From a virus: a DNA stretch of 64,000 nucleotides. Every line of letters starts with the position of its first letter. The first letter of the stretch is position 1. Shown in pieces: positions 11,431 to 20,994 of this stretch. The stretch covers positions 64,001 through 128,000 of IMG/VR virus record IMGVR_UViG_3300045988_132810, one strand, 5' to 3'. The translations under genes were made by a program, and so were the position numbers. The notes beneath the pieces were generated by a model. That model saw only the letters and a program-made list of their open reading frames with translations. It did not search any database and was not told where the DNA came from.

Positions 11431-11967
11431 TTATTTTAATTTATCAAGTGTGCTTAAAAGCTCATCAATATCTGCACCTTCTGGAAGGATGCTATTGATA
11501 TCGAAACCATCAACCTTCTTAGCAAGAGCATCTGCTAAAGTTGTCAGGCTTGAACTAATTCCATTAGCCATCTGCGCAAACGAAGCCTCAATTGAATTCT
11601 GACGCATTAATTTTTTCTCTTCATAATGCAACACTTCCTCAACATGGTTGTAATCCTTCCTGCACAGTTGCTCAACTGTGTCTAAAATATCATTGCTGCG
11701 TAGCATGTCATACTCCTTTAGCAGCGCTTCGAAATCTTCGCCAATATCTACGCCTGTATAGGCATTGAACGCAAACATAGAAAAATAAATATTTTTTTCA
11801 AAATCGTCCACATAGAAATAGCCATTATTGTCCGCAGAACATTTTTCTAAAGTGCGTAATGCAATATCATGTTTAGTCTGAATTGGAATATACCAAACCT
11901 TAATCATATCTGCTGCATTGTTGAACTGTCCTTCTTTAACTTTCTTAACAAATGTATTAACTTTCAT
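11431..11967 (-). CDS. Hypothetical protein (possible tail assembly chaperone by position)
   Basis: From track ORF 11431..11991. Start moved to ATG 11967 (MKVNTFV), preceded by GGAGGAACAATT. Confidence 0.4.
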   Translation of the reverse strand: MKVNTFVKKVKEGQFNNAADMIKVWYIPIQTKHDIALRTLEKCSADNNGYFYVDDFEKNIYFSMFAFNAYTGVDIGEDFEALLKEYDMLRSNDILDTVEQLCRKDYNHVEEVLHYEEKKLMRQNSIEASFAQMANGISSSLTTLADALAKKVDGFDINSILPEGADIDELLSTLDKLK

Positions 11968-12033
11968 AATTGTTCCTCCATTTTTATTCAAAATTTTATA
12001 TATTAAATAACGTTTTGTTATTAATTTTCGTAT

Positions 12034-12534
12034 TTAATCTTCGCCCCAAACTTCTTCGTTGGCGAAATTATAAATTTTATGCGCCGCAACTCCTATGCAA
12101 ATTGCTTCACATTCATCTTCTGATAGATCAAGACCAAAATTTTCTTTTACATAATCAATACTCTGTTGCTTAAGCTCTTGGCGTTTTACTTTCGCCCCCT
12201 GAGAATATCCTAATGCTTTGCGCCATTGGCTTGGCAACAAAATATGCACATTGACATTATGAGCTTCCGCATAACCAATTATCATACCAGCCAATCTTGC
12301 CAAAATTATCATAGTCGCTGGGTTCGATTGTTGTTGCACATTTTCTAGAACAAGTTTCTCTGGTTTATACTTTTTAATAACCTTCCAAAGTTCTTTCGCC
12401 ATTTCAAAAGATCTTTTATCTGTTTCTAATTTGCTCTTGTTCATATCAACAACGCCAGATTCTATATATTGACCGTTTTCAAATATGGCATAACCAGAAC
12501 GACGTGTGCTTTGATCAAAACTTATGACACGCAT
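12034..12534 (-). CDS. RuvC-like Holliday junction resolvase
   Basis: MRVISFDQSTRRSGYAIFENG... with acidic residues in the RuvC/RNase H-fold pattern (D7, LENVQQ, DECEAICIG). At 166 aa it matches the size of phage RuvC-family resolvases. Confidence 0.75.
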   Translation of the reverse strand: MRVISFDQSTRRSGYAIFENGQYIESGVVDMNKSKLETDKRSFEMAKELWKVIKKYKPEKLVLENVQQQSNPATMIILARLAGMIIGYAEAHNVNVHILLPSQWRKALGYSQGAKVKRQELKQQSIDYVKENFGLDLSEDECEAICIGVAAHKIYNFANEEVWGED

Positions 12535-12579
12535 AACAATTCCTCCTTTCCGAGAGATTCATATTTACACTAATTTTAA

Positions 12580-12610
12580 ATATAAAAAGAAGAAACCATT
12601 TGGCTTCTCC
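12580..12610 (-). terminator. Rho-independent terminator after the GH25 lysin gene
   Basis: The minus strand reads AGAAGCC-AAAU-GGUUUCU followed by UCUUUUUAU. Confidence 0.55.
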
Positions 12611-12639
12611 TTTAAACTACGATATACAATTTTTTGTTA

Positions 12640-13587
12640 TTAACTGTATAGAGCATCTACTCTGTTTTGTACTATTTGATAGTCATATCCCGCTGCTTCA
12701 AGGCGTGCTTGACGTTCTAAACCATTTCCCCATTCGCCTTGATATACCTCCAATACAATTTCATCTAATGTTTTACCTGAAGCAACAACTGATTCCGTAT
12801 TTGGAACAAGAATCTTTTGTCCTATATAAATAACATTAGGATCAGAAATTCCATTGTAGGAAGCAAGTTGTTGATATGTAATGCCATATTTTGTGGCAAT
12901 GTCAGAAAGAGTGTCACCAGATTTTACAGTATAAACTGTTTCTGTTTGACTTTGCGAAAAAGTTAATCCATTTTTACCAGCTTCTCTAATCAATGCAGGA
13001 TAATCAAAATAAGAAATGTTCATATCAACGCACCCAGAAATACCATTGACAATTCCAGAACTAGAATACTGCCAAATTCCATAGTCCTTGTTATACTGAC
13101 ATTCAGAATTATATTGAGCAATCCATCTTGCCTTAGTGTCATACCAAGAATCAGTCAGATATGCCTCATTCCAATATAAATTGGCATAAATACCAACCCA
13201 ATAACCAGCGTCTTCTAAAATGCCAACAAATTTTTTAGACATTTGAAGAATTAAATCTTGACTACATTTCCCAGTAGTATTAACGTCTTCTAAATCATAA
13301 TAAACGGGATATTCAAGTTTACGACCTTTTATCAATCTAAGTACATGTGTTGCTTCCGAAGCAGCTTTTTCTACTGTATCTGCATAACTGTACAAATACA
13401 CACCATAAGGTATACCAACTCTTTCGCATTCTAAAGCATTCCTTTTAAACCAAATATCATCTTGTTCTTCTAAGTTCATTCCATAGCCACAGCGAAGAAT
13501 TGCAAAATCAATTTCATCCTTTTTTACTGCATCCCAATCAATTTGTCCTTGCCATTCGCTCACATCAACACCTTTTAATTTTTTCAT
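12640..13587 (-). CDS. Endolysin: GH25 muramidase + LysM + CW_7 (Cpl-7-like) domains
   Basis: [31 protein letters not shown] matches the GH25 (PF01183) N-terminal signature. [44 protein letters not shown] matches LysM (PF01476). [37 protein letters not shown] is CW_7-like. Confidence 0.88.
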   Translation of the reverse strand: MKKLKGVDVSEWQGQIDWDAVKKDEIDFAILRCGYGMNLEEQDDIWFKRNALECERVGIPYGVYLYSYADTVEKAASEATHVLRLIKGRKLEYPVYYDLEDVNTTGKCSQDLILQMSKKFVGILEDAGYWVGIYANLYWNEAYLTDSWYDTKARWIAQYNSECQYNKDYGIWQYSSSGIVNGISGCVDMNISYFDYPALIREAGKNGLTFSQSQTETVYTVKSGDTLSDIATKYGITYQQLASYNGISDPNVIYIGQKILVPNTESVVASGKTLDEIVLEVYQGEWGNGLERQARLEAAGYDYQIVQNRVDALYS

Positions 13588-13608
13588 ATTATCCCTCCTT
13601 TTTGTCCA

Positions 13609-13645
13609 TAAAAAATGAGGGAGTGTATTGCTACACTCCCTCGCC
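13609..13645 (-). terminator. Rho-independent terminator after the amidase gene
   Basis: The minus strand reads GAGGGAGUGUA-GCAAU-ACACUCCCUC followed by AUUUUUUAU. Confidence 0.8.
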
Positions 13646-13682
13646 CATATAACTACTTCATATAGGCTATTTGTTTATAAAA

Positions 13683-14609
13683 TTAATTCTCTTTATTGTC
13701 CGTACTATGATTAGAATCAAACATTCTCTGACAGACAACCAACATGCGCAGCATATCATATGATATATCTAGTTTGCCATTACCAGTGCCAGCAATTGCA
13801 CCAGTGTCGATTAAATGCTGCACGGTGTCACGCGCCCAAGATGGGATATCTTCGATTGTCTCATAATGCTTATTGCATGCATCAAACATATGCTTCATGA
13901 CATACAGCATACGTATCATATCAGCAGACAAATCAAGATTGCCTCCACCAGTGCCAGAAATTAAACCTTCATCAATCATATCACTAATAGTTTCTCTTGC
14001 CCAGCTAGGGATATCATCAATAGTATTGTATCTCATTACGTCTTCCTCCTCTTCATCATTTCCATTATTTTTGTTCATGGCCTCATATACATCCTGACGG
14101 AACCCGTCCATAGTGTAACCCATGCCATATGTATTCCACAGAAGTTCTGGATCCGCATGGTTGCTGGCCACACCTCTACGATGACCTTCTGCATGACCAA
14201 TAATCACACCGTCTTCCAGTGGATTAAGCCCATAAGTGTTGCAAAGCTGTGCGAATAATTCCACGGCTGTGCGATATGTCCCAGCAATCTGTTCAGCAGC
14301 TTCCGCATAACTCATTCTAGAGCTAGGTTCCGTCATTTCGATGCCGATATGGGTATTATTTGCAGCGCCACCGCAGTGCCATGCTCTCATCCACCAAGGC
14401 AATGTCTGATATACAGAGCCATCTGCCTGTATAAATGCGTGTACGCAAACTGATTGACCACCCGGCTGATACTGGTTGAAGTTGCGAGCAAACACCGCAG
14501 CACTAGGCTGTGGGCATCCAACGCTATGCAACATCAAACCACTTGGAGTAAGTGTCGAACCAATCTTATAACATTTATTTTGTGTCGCAAACGCTTCAAT
14601 AATTTCCAT
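13683..14609 (-). CDS. Endolysin: N-acetylmuramoyl-L-alanine amidase (Amidase_2/PGRP type) with two C-terminal ~50-aa repeats
   Basis: LMLHSVG...VCVHAFIQADGSVYQTLPWWMRAWHCGGAANNTHIGIEMTEP...IIGHAEGH...NHADP matches the Amidase_2 (PF01510) pattern. The C-terminus carries two copies of I(D/E)DIPSWAR(E/D)T..(M/L)ID.G.I.GTG.G.LD(L/I)S.DM(I/L)RML, which resembles SLH repeats. Confidence 0.85.
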   Translation of the reverse strand: MEIIEAFATQNKCYKIGSTLTPSGLMLHSVGCPQPSAAVFARNFNQYQPGGQSVCVHAFIQADGSVYQTLPWWMRAWHCGGAANNTHIGIEMTEPSSRMSYAEAAEQIAGTYRTAVELFAQLCNTYGLNPLEDGVIIGHAEGHRRGVASNHADPELLWNTYGMGYTMDGFRQDVYEAMNKNNGNDEEEEDVMRYNTIDDIPSWARETISDMIDEGLISGTGGGNLDLSADMIRMLYVMKHMFDACNKHYETIEDIPSWARDTVQHLIDTGAIAGTGNGKLDISYDMLRMLVVCQRMFDSNHSTDNKEN

Positions 14610-14627
14610 TTAAATCACCTCAATATA

Positions 14628-14912
14628 TTACTTTCCGCCCTTAACTCTTTCAATAATTTCTGAAACAGCAGAGCTACCAGACATTAAAGCAAGTGCGGTA
14701 ATTACTGTGCCAATCACAGATCCCTCCTGCACAAGACCTAGAGCAAGAATAATATCTACGCCAAAGCCGAAAGAAATGACGAATGCGAACACTGCAGAAA
14801 CAGCCATAGTGATATACTTGCCATACTTTGTGCCTTCCCACATTTCCTTAAAGCGATCAATAATATACCACATAATAATTGATAAAGAGATAATTAGAGT
14901 TAACATTTCCAT
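14628..14912 (-). CDS. Holin
   Basis: 94 aa with multiple hydrophobic segments (LTLIISLSIIMWYII; ITMAVSAVFAFVISFGFGVDIILALGLV; VIGTVITALALMSG) and a charged C-terminus (ERVKGGK). It sits directly upstream of the endolysins. Confidence 0.8.
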   Translation of the reverse strand: MEMLTLIISLSIIMWYIIDRFKEMWEGTKYGKYITMAVSAVFAFVISFGFGVDIILALGLVQEGSVIGTVITALALMSGSSAVSEIIERVKGGK

Positions 14913-14975
14913 AATTTATTCCTCCTATAAATTTAAAATTTTTAATTGCCAAATAGTATTCCAATGATAAAGATA

Positions 14976-16400
14976 TTAGCCACCGTCAGCTCCAGCTTCA
15001 TACTCTTGATGAGTTACTCTTCTCCACATATAAACAGCCAAGTACGGCGGCATGTTATTATGCGCTCCGTCACCGCCAGCAGCGGATGTTTTTGAACCCG
15101 TTGCCCACCACGTTTTGTTGCTGGTGTAGGCGATGTTCGGCCAGCCACTATAACCGCTTGGTGCGCTGTCCGACCCGCCATCGTTGCCCAAGTATTCGTC
15201 GTGGTAGTGGCTAGGGATTTCAGACCTCGTTAACGTGTGCGTAGCCTCGCCACCCATTGTGCCAGCTTTATAGGTATCACCTGCACCAAGCAGGAATCTA
15301 TTGTAAATCGGTAGCCAATATGTCCCAGTGAATCGAGACTGCGGATTTGTAGTATCCGTGCTCATATAAATAGATCCAATCGGATAAAACAAATCAACAA
15401 GAGTTGCCGTATCCACCCCGATATCGCTTTTTAGCTCAGCAAGTGTGCGAGAATACACCCACCCGGAACCATCCAGCACTGCAACCTTGCTCGGTGTGCT
15501 GCCAAGATCGGTCGCGTCCGTCGTTTGCAGCCATGTTCCAGTCAGATACTGACCTGTCAAATTACCGGTCAGCGTGCCGCCACTTGTATTTAATTTGCTG
15601 TCCAAAGCAGCCTTAACCGCCTTATTCTGCACCGGATTAGTCGAGGTCGTACTTAACGCAGAATCAACAGTCGTTTTATTTGCGCCAGTAGCGATCCCGT
15701 TGAGTTTTGTCTTATCAGACGCACTCATCAATCCATTAGCACTCGTAGTCGCAACAGAAGTGGAAGCCTTCCCAGATAAAGCAGTATTGATAACCTTGTT
15801 TTGAACTGGATTGGTAGAAGTGGTGCTTAGAGAAGAATCAATAATCGTTTTGTTGGCTCCATCGGCAATGCCATCTAATTTTGATTTGTCGCTAGAAGAC
15901 ATTAAACCATTAGCACTTGTCGTAGCAACAGCAGTACTTGCTTTGCCACTAAGAGCTGTATTAACCGCCTTGTTCTGAATCGCATTAGTTGAAGTGCTAG
16001 ACAAAGACGAATCCACCGACGGGATCGCCACTGACTTAGCTGCGCTACCATCATAGCTACCAGTAACAGCACCAGTAAAAGTCAAAGCATGCGGATTCTT
16101 AAGCGCCGTAGTCGTGCTAGGCAAGGCTCCTACATCTGAAGCGGTCAGGCTGATATCTGAGCTTAGAGCTTTATTGTTAATCTTTCGTGTAGTTTTAACA
16201 TAGTTTGCTAATGTAGCCGCATCTTGAAATGGAAGTTGAGAATACCTCTTTGTACCATCTCCGACTTTGAACCTTGTTTCACCGCTAGTTGTGTCAACAA
16301 TAGCAATCTCTCCATTTAGCAAAACAGGGTTTTTACTCGTCCAATTGGCCTCTGTATCTCTTTTATTTTTTACGCGCGTATTAAAAATCTTATTTGCCAT
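14976..16400 (-). CDS. Tail fibre: Mtd_N/hyaluronidase-like N-terminal domain, fibre repeats, C-terminal phage tail collar domain
   Basis: Start moved to ATG 16400 (MANKIFNTRVKNKRDTEANWTSKNPVLLNGEIAIV...FKVGDGTKRYSQLPF), 8 nt after AGGAGG. The C-terminus PIGSIYMS...GGEATHTLTRSEIPSHYH...AHNNMPPYLAVYMWRR matches the tail collar pattern (PF07484). Confidence 0.8.
   Translation of the reverse strand: MANKIFNTRVKNKRDTEANWTSKNPVLLNGEIAIVDTTSGETRFKVGDGTKRYSQLPFQDAATLANYVKTTRKINNKALSSDISLTASDVGALPSTTTALKNPHALTFTGAVTGSYDGSAAKSVAIPSVDSSLSSTSTNAIQNKAVNTALSGKASTAVATTSANGLMSSSDKSKLDGIADGANKTIIDSSLSTTSTNPVQNKVINTALSGKASTSVATTSANGLMSASDKTKLNGIATGANKTTVDSALSTTSTNPVQNKAVKAALDSKLNTSGGTLTGNLTGQYLTGTWLQTTDATDLGSTPSKVAVLDGSGWVYSRTLAELKSDIGVDTATLVDLFYPIGSIYMSTDTTNPQSRFTGTYWLPIYNRFLLGAGDTYKAGTMGGEATHTLTRSEIPSHYHDEYLGNDGGSDSAPSGYSGWPNIAYTSNKTWWATGSKTSAAGGDGAHNNMPPYLAVYMWRRVTHQEYEAGADGG
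15585..16013 (-). repeat. About 2.5 tandem 57-aa (171-nt) fibre repeats inside the collar-domain fibre
   Basis: DSSLSSTSTNAIQNKAVNTALSGKASTAVATTSANGLMSSSDKSKLDGIADGANKT is followed by DSSLSTTSTNPVQNKVINTALSGKASTSVATTSANGLMSASDKTKLNGIATGANKT and then the partial DSALSTTSTNPVQNKAVKAALDSK. Confidence 0.85.
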
Positions 16401-16427
16401 CCGTTCAACCTCCTTTAATATATAATA

Positions 16428-16453
16428 AAGGCGCTGGAATAAACCAACGCCTT
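16428..16453 (-). terminator. Hairpin after the 662-aa fibre gene (weak terminator)
   Basis: The minus strand reads AAGGCGUUGG-UUUAUU-CCAGCGCCUU followed by UAUUAUAUAUU. It contains one G.U pair and the U-tract is poor. Confidence 0.4.
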
Positions 16454-16480
16454 CTTTAGACTTTATTTTATTCATTTCAC

Positions 16481-18469
16481 TTAGACACTCCCGCCATACA
16501 CATAGTTGGTGGAGCTTCCACTCGACACATCATTAAACAGGCTTTCAACATCAGTTTGTTCAACCCATGCCCCAGATACTTTCTTGTAAACTTTTGTTGC
16601 GGATTTATATGACCCGTTGACCTTGAAATACAACATGTCGGATCTCCCAGTTGTTGATCGTGCTCGCGCATATAAAGTCAACTCTGACGTCGCTGCCTCG
16701 CCGTCCTGCGGGTCTGCAGAATCCTTATTAACAGAAGGAGTGGCGATAGATAATGGATTATTAGAGCTTATAAAAGTTGTACATCCTTCGTCAGAATACC
16801 AACCTTTGAATGTATATCCTTCTTTAACTATTGCCGTAAACATTGCATCCTTCCCCGCGAATGTGGGTGTAGTTGCATCAGCATATTCAATTCCACCTTT
16901 TGCAATAGCAGTACAAATGCACGCGCTATCTGAATAATAACAAAAATATTCTTTATCCTGTGTCGGAGTAAAAATATAATATGGCCAATATGTCAGCATA
17001 CTCCTTTCGCCAAGACTAATGTCTCCGCTTTCCGCAAAACATGTTACTGGAGCATCTGAGAGTTGACACCATATAGCACACGTAGTATTGGCTGGAACTT
17101 GCAATGATGCTTTAACTGCTGCTATCGTGTCAATTCCAGTTTTTGTTGCTTGCCCAAACACTTTAGATGATTCAATTTTATCAAATTCGCCAGTTTTAAC
17201 ATATTGCTTTTCATTATAAGTTAATTGATCGTAATATAATGCGGCAATTTTCAAGGTCCACGTACCGGATCGTCCCGCAACCCCTTTTAATCCACGTGTT
17301 AATTTAATTGTATACATTATAGCGCCTGATTTTGGGTATAATTTATAATCCGTTGTTGGCGTACAGGTATACGGATTATCTTCACTAACTAGTTGTGTTA
17401 ACCCTTCATCTGCATACCAGCCATACAATTTATAATCATCACTCTCGGGGGTAAATGTAAATATCGCATTGTCGCCATAAGTAATGACAGAAGCATTAAC
17501 GCTTGCCGTTCCATGTTCTGCCCGTCCAACGCTAATATTCAAATTGCTTAGATGAGCCTTTGCATACAGTGTTGTATTCGCGGTAATAGTAACTACATAT
17601 GGATTCGCTGTACTCACTAGATTTGTGCAGTTCTCATCTGAATACCATCCATCAAAAACGCATCCAGTATTAGCTGTCGCAGAGAAAGTGCAACTGCCAT
17701 TTGCTGGAACTGCTGAGTCGCTTACGCTAACAGATGATATATTTGCGCCGGCAACTGCCGCACATGTAAATAATTTTACATCATGTGTATCTTTAGCATA
17801 TAATGTTAAATCCGATGTTGGACTAACTGAATAAATTTGATCTGTGCTTACAAGATTCGTGCAAGCGACGTCACTATACCATCCTTCGAATGTTTCTCCA
17901 TCTGCTACTGTAGCTGTAAAAGTTACAATGTCGCCATCATAAGCTTCAACTTTATCAACAGTAGCCGTTACAGTGTTACTAACAGATTTGGCAGCACAAG
18001 CATACTGCATGAAATACAGTGATAAATTAATCTCCTGAAGTGTTACCGCATTTACTGTATTATTTGCATGTAAATGGAAACGAATAACACTATTTTTAGA
18101 TGATTGCAAGATAGCTTCGTCCTTGAGACCTTTAACATCTGTATAGATGCCACTCGCAGGCGGGACTTGTGAGGCTACTTGAGAATCGTCAAACAGCAGA
18201 CCAACAAGGCAATTTTTATTATTTGTTAGCACAGATGTGAAAAAATTAACGTCTGCCTCTACTGGATGCGCTTTGTCATTCGGGTATAAAATGGCTTTTG
18301 ACGTATCATTCAAAATTGCGTATCCATTTTTTCCACCATTCATATAAAGCCTCGCCAATATATAATTACCAAAAGAAGTAATACCAAGACTTACGCCATC
18401 TGCATTTAAATATGTTTTAGCGTCATCCTTATTGGTTACAAGTAGTGTTCTTTTTACTTTAGTTGGCAT
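16481..18469 (-). CDS. Tail fibre/adhesin with four Listeria-Bacteroides (InlB B-repeat, Flg_new-like) repeats
   Basis: The unit recurs as FEGWYSDVACTNLVSTDQIYSVSPTSDLTLYAK, FDGWYSDENCTNLVSTANPYVVTITANTTLYAK, LYGWYADEGLTQLVSEDNPYTCTPTTDYKLYPK and FKGWYSDEGCTTFISSNNPLSI. Confidence 0.65.
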   Translation of the reverse strand: MPTKVKRTLLVTNKDDAKTYLNADGVSLGITSFGNYILARLYMNGGKNGYAILNDTSKAILYPNDKAHPVEADVNFFTSVLTNNKNCLVGLLFDDSQVASQVPPASGIYTDVKGLKDEAILQSSKNSVIRFHLHANNTVNAVTLQEINLSLYFMQYACAAKSVSNTVTATVDKVEAYDGDIVTFTATVADGETFEGWYSDVACTNLVSTDQIYSVSPTSDLTLYAKDTHDVKLFTCAAVAGANISSVSVSDSAVPANGSCTFSATANTGCVFDGWYSDENCTNLVSTANPYVVTITANTTLYAKAHLSNLNISVGRAEHGTASVNASVITYGDNAIFTFTPESDDYKLYGWYADEGLTQLVSEDNPYTCTPTTDYKLYPKSGAIMYTIKLTRGLKGVAGRSGTWTLKIAALYYDQLTYNEKQYVKTGEFDKIESSKVFGQATKTGIDTIAAVKASLQVPANTTCAIWCQLSDAPVTCFAESGDISLGERSMLTYWPYYIFTPTQDKEYFCYYSDSACICTAIAKGGIEYADATTPTFAGKDAMFTAIVKEGYTFKGWYSDEGCTTFISSNNPLSIATPSVNKDSADPQDGEAATSELTLYARARSTTGRSDMLYFKVNGSYKSATKVYKKVSGAWVEQTDVESLFNDVSSGSSTNYVYGGSV

Positions 18470-18473
18470 TTAA

Positions 18474-18740
18474 TTACTCACCACCATATGTGACAGTAGA
18501 AACACTCCCGTCTGAATTTGAAAAATAAATAGTAAGGCTATTAACCCCATCTTCAAATGCAACGACTAAATGATACACAGTCCCATCGTAATACCACATC
18601 GGTGCATCATTAAGAATAAATCCGATAATATCATTAATAGTTGTTCTCTTATCAAGAATTTGGATGCCGTTAACAACTTGTGCCGTAGAAAGATGATGAA
18701 AAATAAGCTCATTATAAGTTAAATTAGCGTTTTCACTCAT
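18474..18740 (-). CDS. Hypothetical protein (fibre module)
   Basis: 88-aa ORF, tightly packed between fibre genes. Confidence 0.5.
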   Translation of the reverse strand: MSENANLTYNELIFHHLSTAQVVNGIQILDKRTTINDIIGFILNDAPMWYYDGTVYHLVVAFEDGVNSLTIYFSNSDGSVSTVTYGGE

Positions 18741-18743
18741 TTA

Positions 18744-19592
18744 TTATCCCTCCGTTTTCAAGTATAAATCGCCGTCCGCCCCAAGGGTGTTAACTGGATC
18801 TGCAGTGCCAGTATAATATGTCGCAGTTGTGACGGATAGGGTGCCATCAGCGGAGATAGACAAGCCATTGCCGACTTTAATTGCTCCAATAGAAGTTGTA
18901 GTGGCGGTGGAAAGATATTTGGAGTCAAGTTTAACCACATTTTCAGGAAATACTAATTTAGAGGTATAAGTTGTTGCGTTAGACCTTTTTACGAGAGTAA
19001 AATATATGCCTTTATTTTTACATATAAGTGCATTTTCATCGGTCGTCTTACGAATGATAAGAATATATATATCATTAGACGCATCTCCAAATTGAATTGA
19101 GATATCATCTTCACTCTCGCTAATATTACTGCTGGTACAAATCACTTCATCACCGGAGCTAAGAACTATTTTTGCTCCAATAAGCGCACTACTTGAGATG
19201 ACCTCATTAGATACCAATACATAGTCTGTAGAGCCTGTCATCTCTTCTACATGCTGAGATTCTTTATTCCCGATTACGCCATCCCATATAATATCTTCAA
19301 AAGCTTTTTTATTATAGAATGGTCTATTCTTAATATAATCACTTGCAGTTTCATCATTCTGATTCCAATCGCTCTGAACCGGTGTACCAGTTCCGCCACC
19401 AGATGGTAACGTAGCTGGCTCCCATTCCGTGGGTACACCATTACTGTCAACCGCCTTTACCTTCGGTATCTGACCGACAGCCGCAGAAGTAAGACCAAGA
19501 GATTTTGATTCATCCGCCAGTGTCACATCACCAGTTTGTCCATTAACTGAAGTTACAATAGGAGTTACAATTTGTAATTTTTTTGTTGACAT
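18744..19592 (-). CDS. Tail fibre-like protein
   Basis: The N-terminus VTSVNGQTGDVTLADE is a common phage fibre motif. The same SVNGKTG.V.L motif occurs in the 37112..38344 protein. Confidence 0.55.
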   Translation of the reverse strand: MSTKKLQIVTPIVTSVNGQTGDVTLADESKSLGLTSAAVGQIPKVKAVDSNGVPTEWEPATLPSGGGTGTPVQSDWNQNDETASDYIKNRPFYNKKAFEDIIWDGVIGNKESQHVEEMTGSTDYVLVSNEVISSSALIGAKIVLSSGDEVICTSSNISESEDDISIQFGDASNDIYILIIRKTTDENALICKNKGIYFTLVKRSNATTYTSKLVFPENVVKLDSKYLSTATTTSIGAIKVGNGLSISADGTLSVTTATYYTGTADPVNTLGADGDLYLKTEG

Positions 19593-19621
19593 TTTTTACA
19601 TCACCCTCCTTATTCTTAATA

Positions 19622-19655
19622 TTTAAAAGGTGCAGAGTGGTTATCCCTGCACCTC
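19622..19655 (-). terminator. Rho-independent terminator after paralog 1 of the 214-aa triplet
   Basis: The minus strand reads AGGUGCAG-GGAUAACCACU-CUGCACCU followed by UUUAAAU. Confidence 0.65.
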
Positions 19656-19666
19656 ATGTGTTTAAT

Positions 19667-20311
19667 TTATTTAATCTTAACTGCAGACAAGCGGATTGCC
19701 TCTGCCTTAGTTGCTGCAGTGTACTGATGATAAGTTTCATATTTAATGGTAGTTTGTTCTGTCAATTCTACTATTGTAGCAACAACAGCACCACCACCGC
19801 CAATCATATCACTTCTCACAATACAATAAACAACACTATCATCAGATTTAGTTAATCTAGAAATATACATACATCCAGTGCCATTTACTTCCCATTGATG
19901 ATTACCAACAATTGCATAAGTACCTGCTGGCAACGTTAAAGATGCAATCGTTGTCATCTCCATTTTTGCGACAGATTTACTGTTTGGCGTAGCAGAATAC
20001 ACTTTCCCAATATTGCCAATATTAGTTAATATACCATTAACAGTACTTGCCCCAGTACCACCTTTAGATATTGGTAAGATTCCACTTGTGATATCTAACG
20101 CAGAATGCTTATGAGATGTAGTAGCATAATCAGAATGAGTATGACTTATCAGTGCGTACTCAGTATGCACATGACTTAAATTTGCTTTGCCTGTTTGTAA
20201 AGATGAAATGTCCGATTCAATATCTTCCAAATTGTTAGTCAAACAGGAATTCATATCAGTATCTATCCAAATATTGTTACTCGAATACATAGGGTCAAAT
20301 GTTCCATCCAT
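19667..20311 (-). CDS. Fibre-tip / receptor-binding-like protein, paralog 1 of 3
   Basis: The N-terminus MDGTFDPMYSSNNIWIDTDMNSCLTNNLEDIESDISSLQTGKANLSHVH is shared with the next two genes. The C-terminal half is divergent. Confidence 0.55.
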   Translation of the reverse strand: MDGTFDPMYSSNNIWIDTDMNSCLTNNLEDIESDISSLQTGKANLSHVHTEYALISHTHSDYATTSHKHSALDITSGILPISKGGTGASTVNGILTNIGNIGKVYSATPNSKSVAKMEMTTIASLTLPAGTYAIVGNHQWEVNGTGCMYISRLTKSDDSVVYCIVRSDMIGGGGAVVATIVELTEQTTIKYETYHQYTAATKAEAIRLSAVKIK

Positions 20312-20329
20312 GTTGCATACCTCCTAACG

Positions 20330-20977
20330 TTACTTCCATCTACCTATGGCATAGACATCAATATAGAATGGAATGTTGGAACCACCATCAGAACCAATGG
20401 CAGTCCAATTAAATTTAGTTGTTGTGGATAATGCACCACGTGCGGCAATTGCATACCCAGAACCTATATAACAATTATATTGAACACTTGGATTAGCAAT
20501 AAATAATCCAGTCGGCCAATCCGCGCTGCCTGTGAACACATTAAATCCATTCCATGTTGTATAGTGAGTAATATGTCCAGAATCTTGCCGCCAACACTCA
20601 GACATTCCGCTATTCCATTTTCTGTATGTCCATTCTCCAGAAGGGCCAGAAGCTACAACATAATCAGATGGTTCAATTAACCCAGAAATTTGAGACTTAT
20701 TGTGAGTATGAGAACTCACAGCGAAATCACTTGCATGTTTACCATCTAACGTATCTGCATTACCACCATTCGCTGGAAGAGAAGTTGGAATAACTGGTAT
20801 AGATGGCTTGTCAGTTAAATCGTTATAGCTATGAATATGATCTGAGTTTGCCTTGCCAGTTTGTAATGCGTCAATATCAGACTCCATGCCCTCAAGATGT
20901 GTCGTAAGACATCTATCCGCATAAATGTCCATAAAAATGTTGTTTGAACTATACATAGGATCAAATTCACCGTTCAT
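20330..20977 (-). CDS. Fibre-tip / receptor-binding-like protein, paralog 2 of 3
   Basis: MNGEFDPMYSSNNIFMD...LEGMESDIDALQTGKANSDHIH...LPANGGNADTLDGKHASDFA (a fibre motif)...AIGRWK. Confidence 0.55.
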   Translation of the reverse strand: MNGEFDPMYSSNNIFMDIYADRCLTTHLEGMESDIDALQTGKANSDHIHSYNDLTDKPSIPVIPTSLPANGGNADTLDGKHASDFAVSSHTHNKSQISGLIEPSDYVVASGPSGEWTYRKWNSGMSECWRQDSGHITHYTTWNGFNVFTGSADWPTGLFIANPSVQYNCYIGSGYAIAARGALSTTTKFNWTAIGSDGGSNIPFYIDVYAIGRWK

Positions 20978-20994
20978 ATAGAAGCCCCCTTATA

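Noticed and set aside
10849-11991. Programmed -1 frameshift between the two ORFs upstream of the TMP (G/GT-type chaperones)
   Set aside because: The ORFs are separated by a 24-nt gap with a stop codon, and the second has its own ribosome-binding site. I saw no overlapping frame or slippery heptamer.
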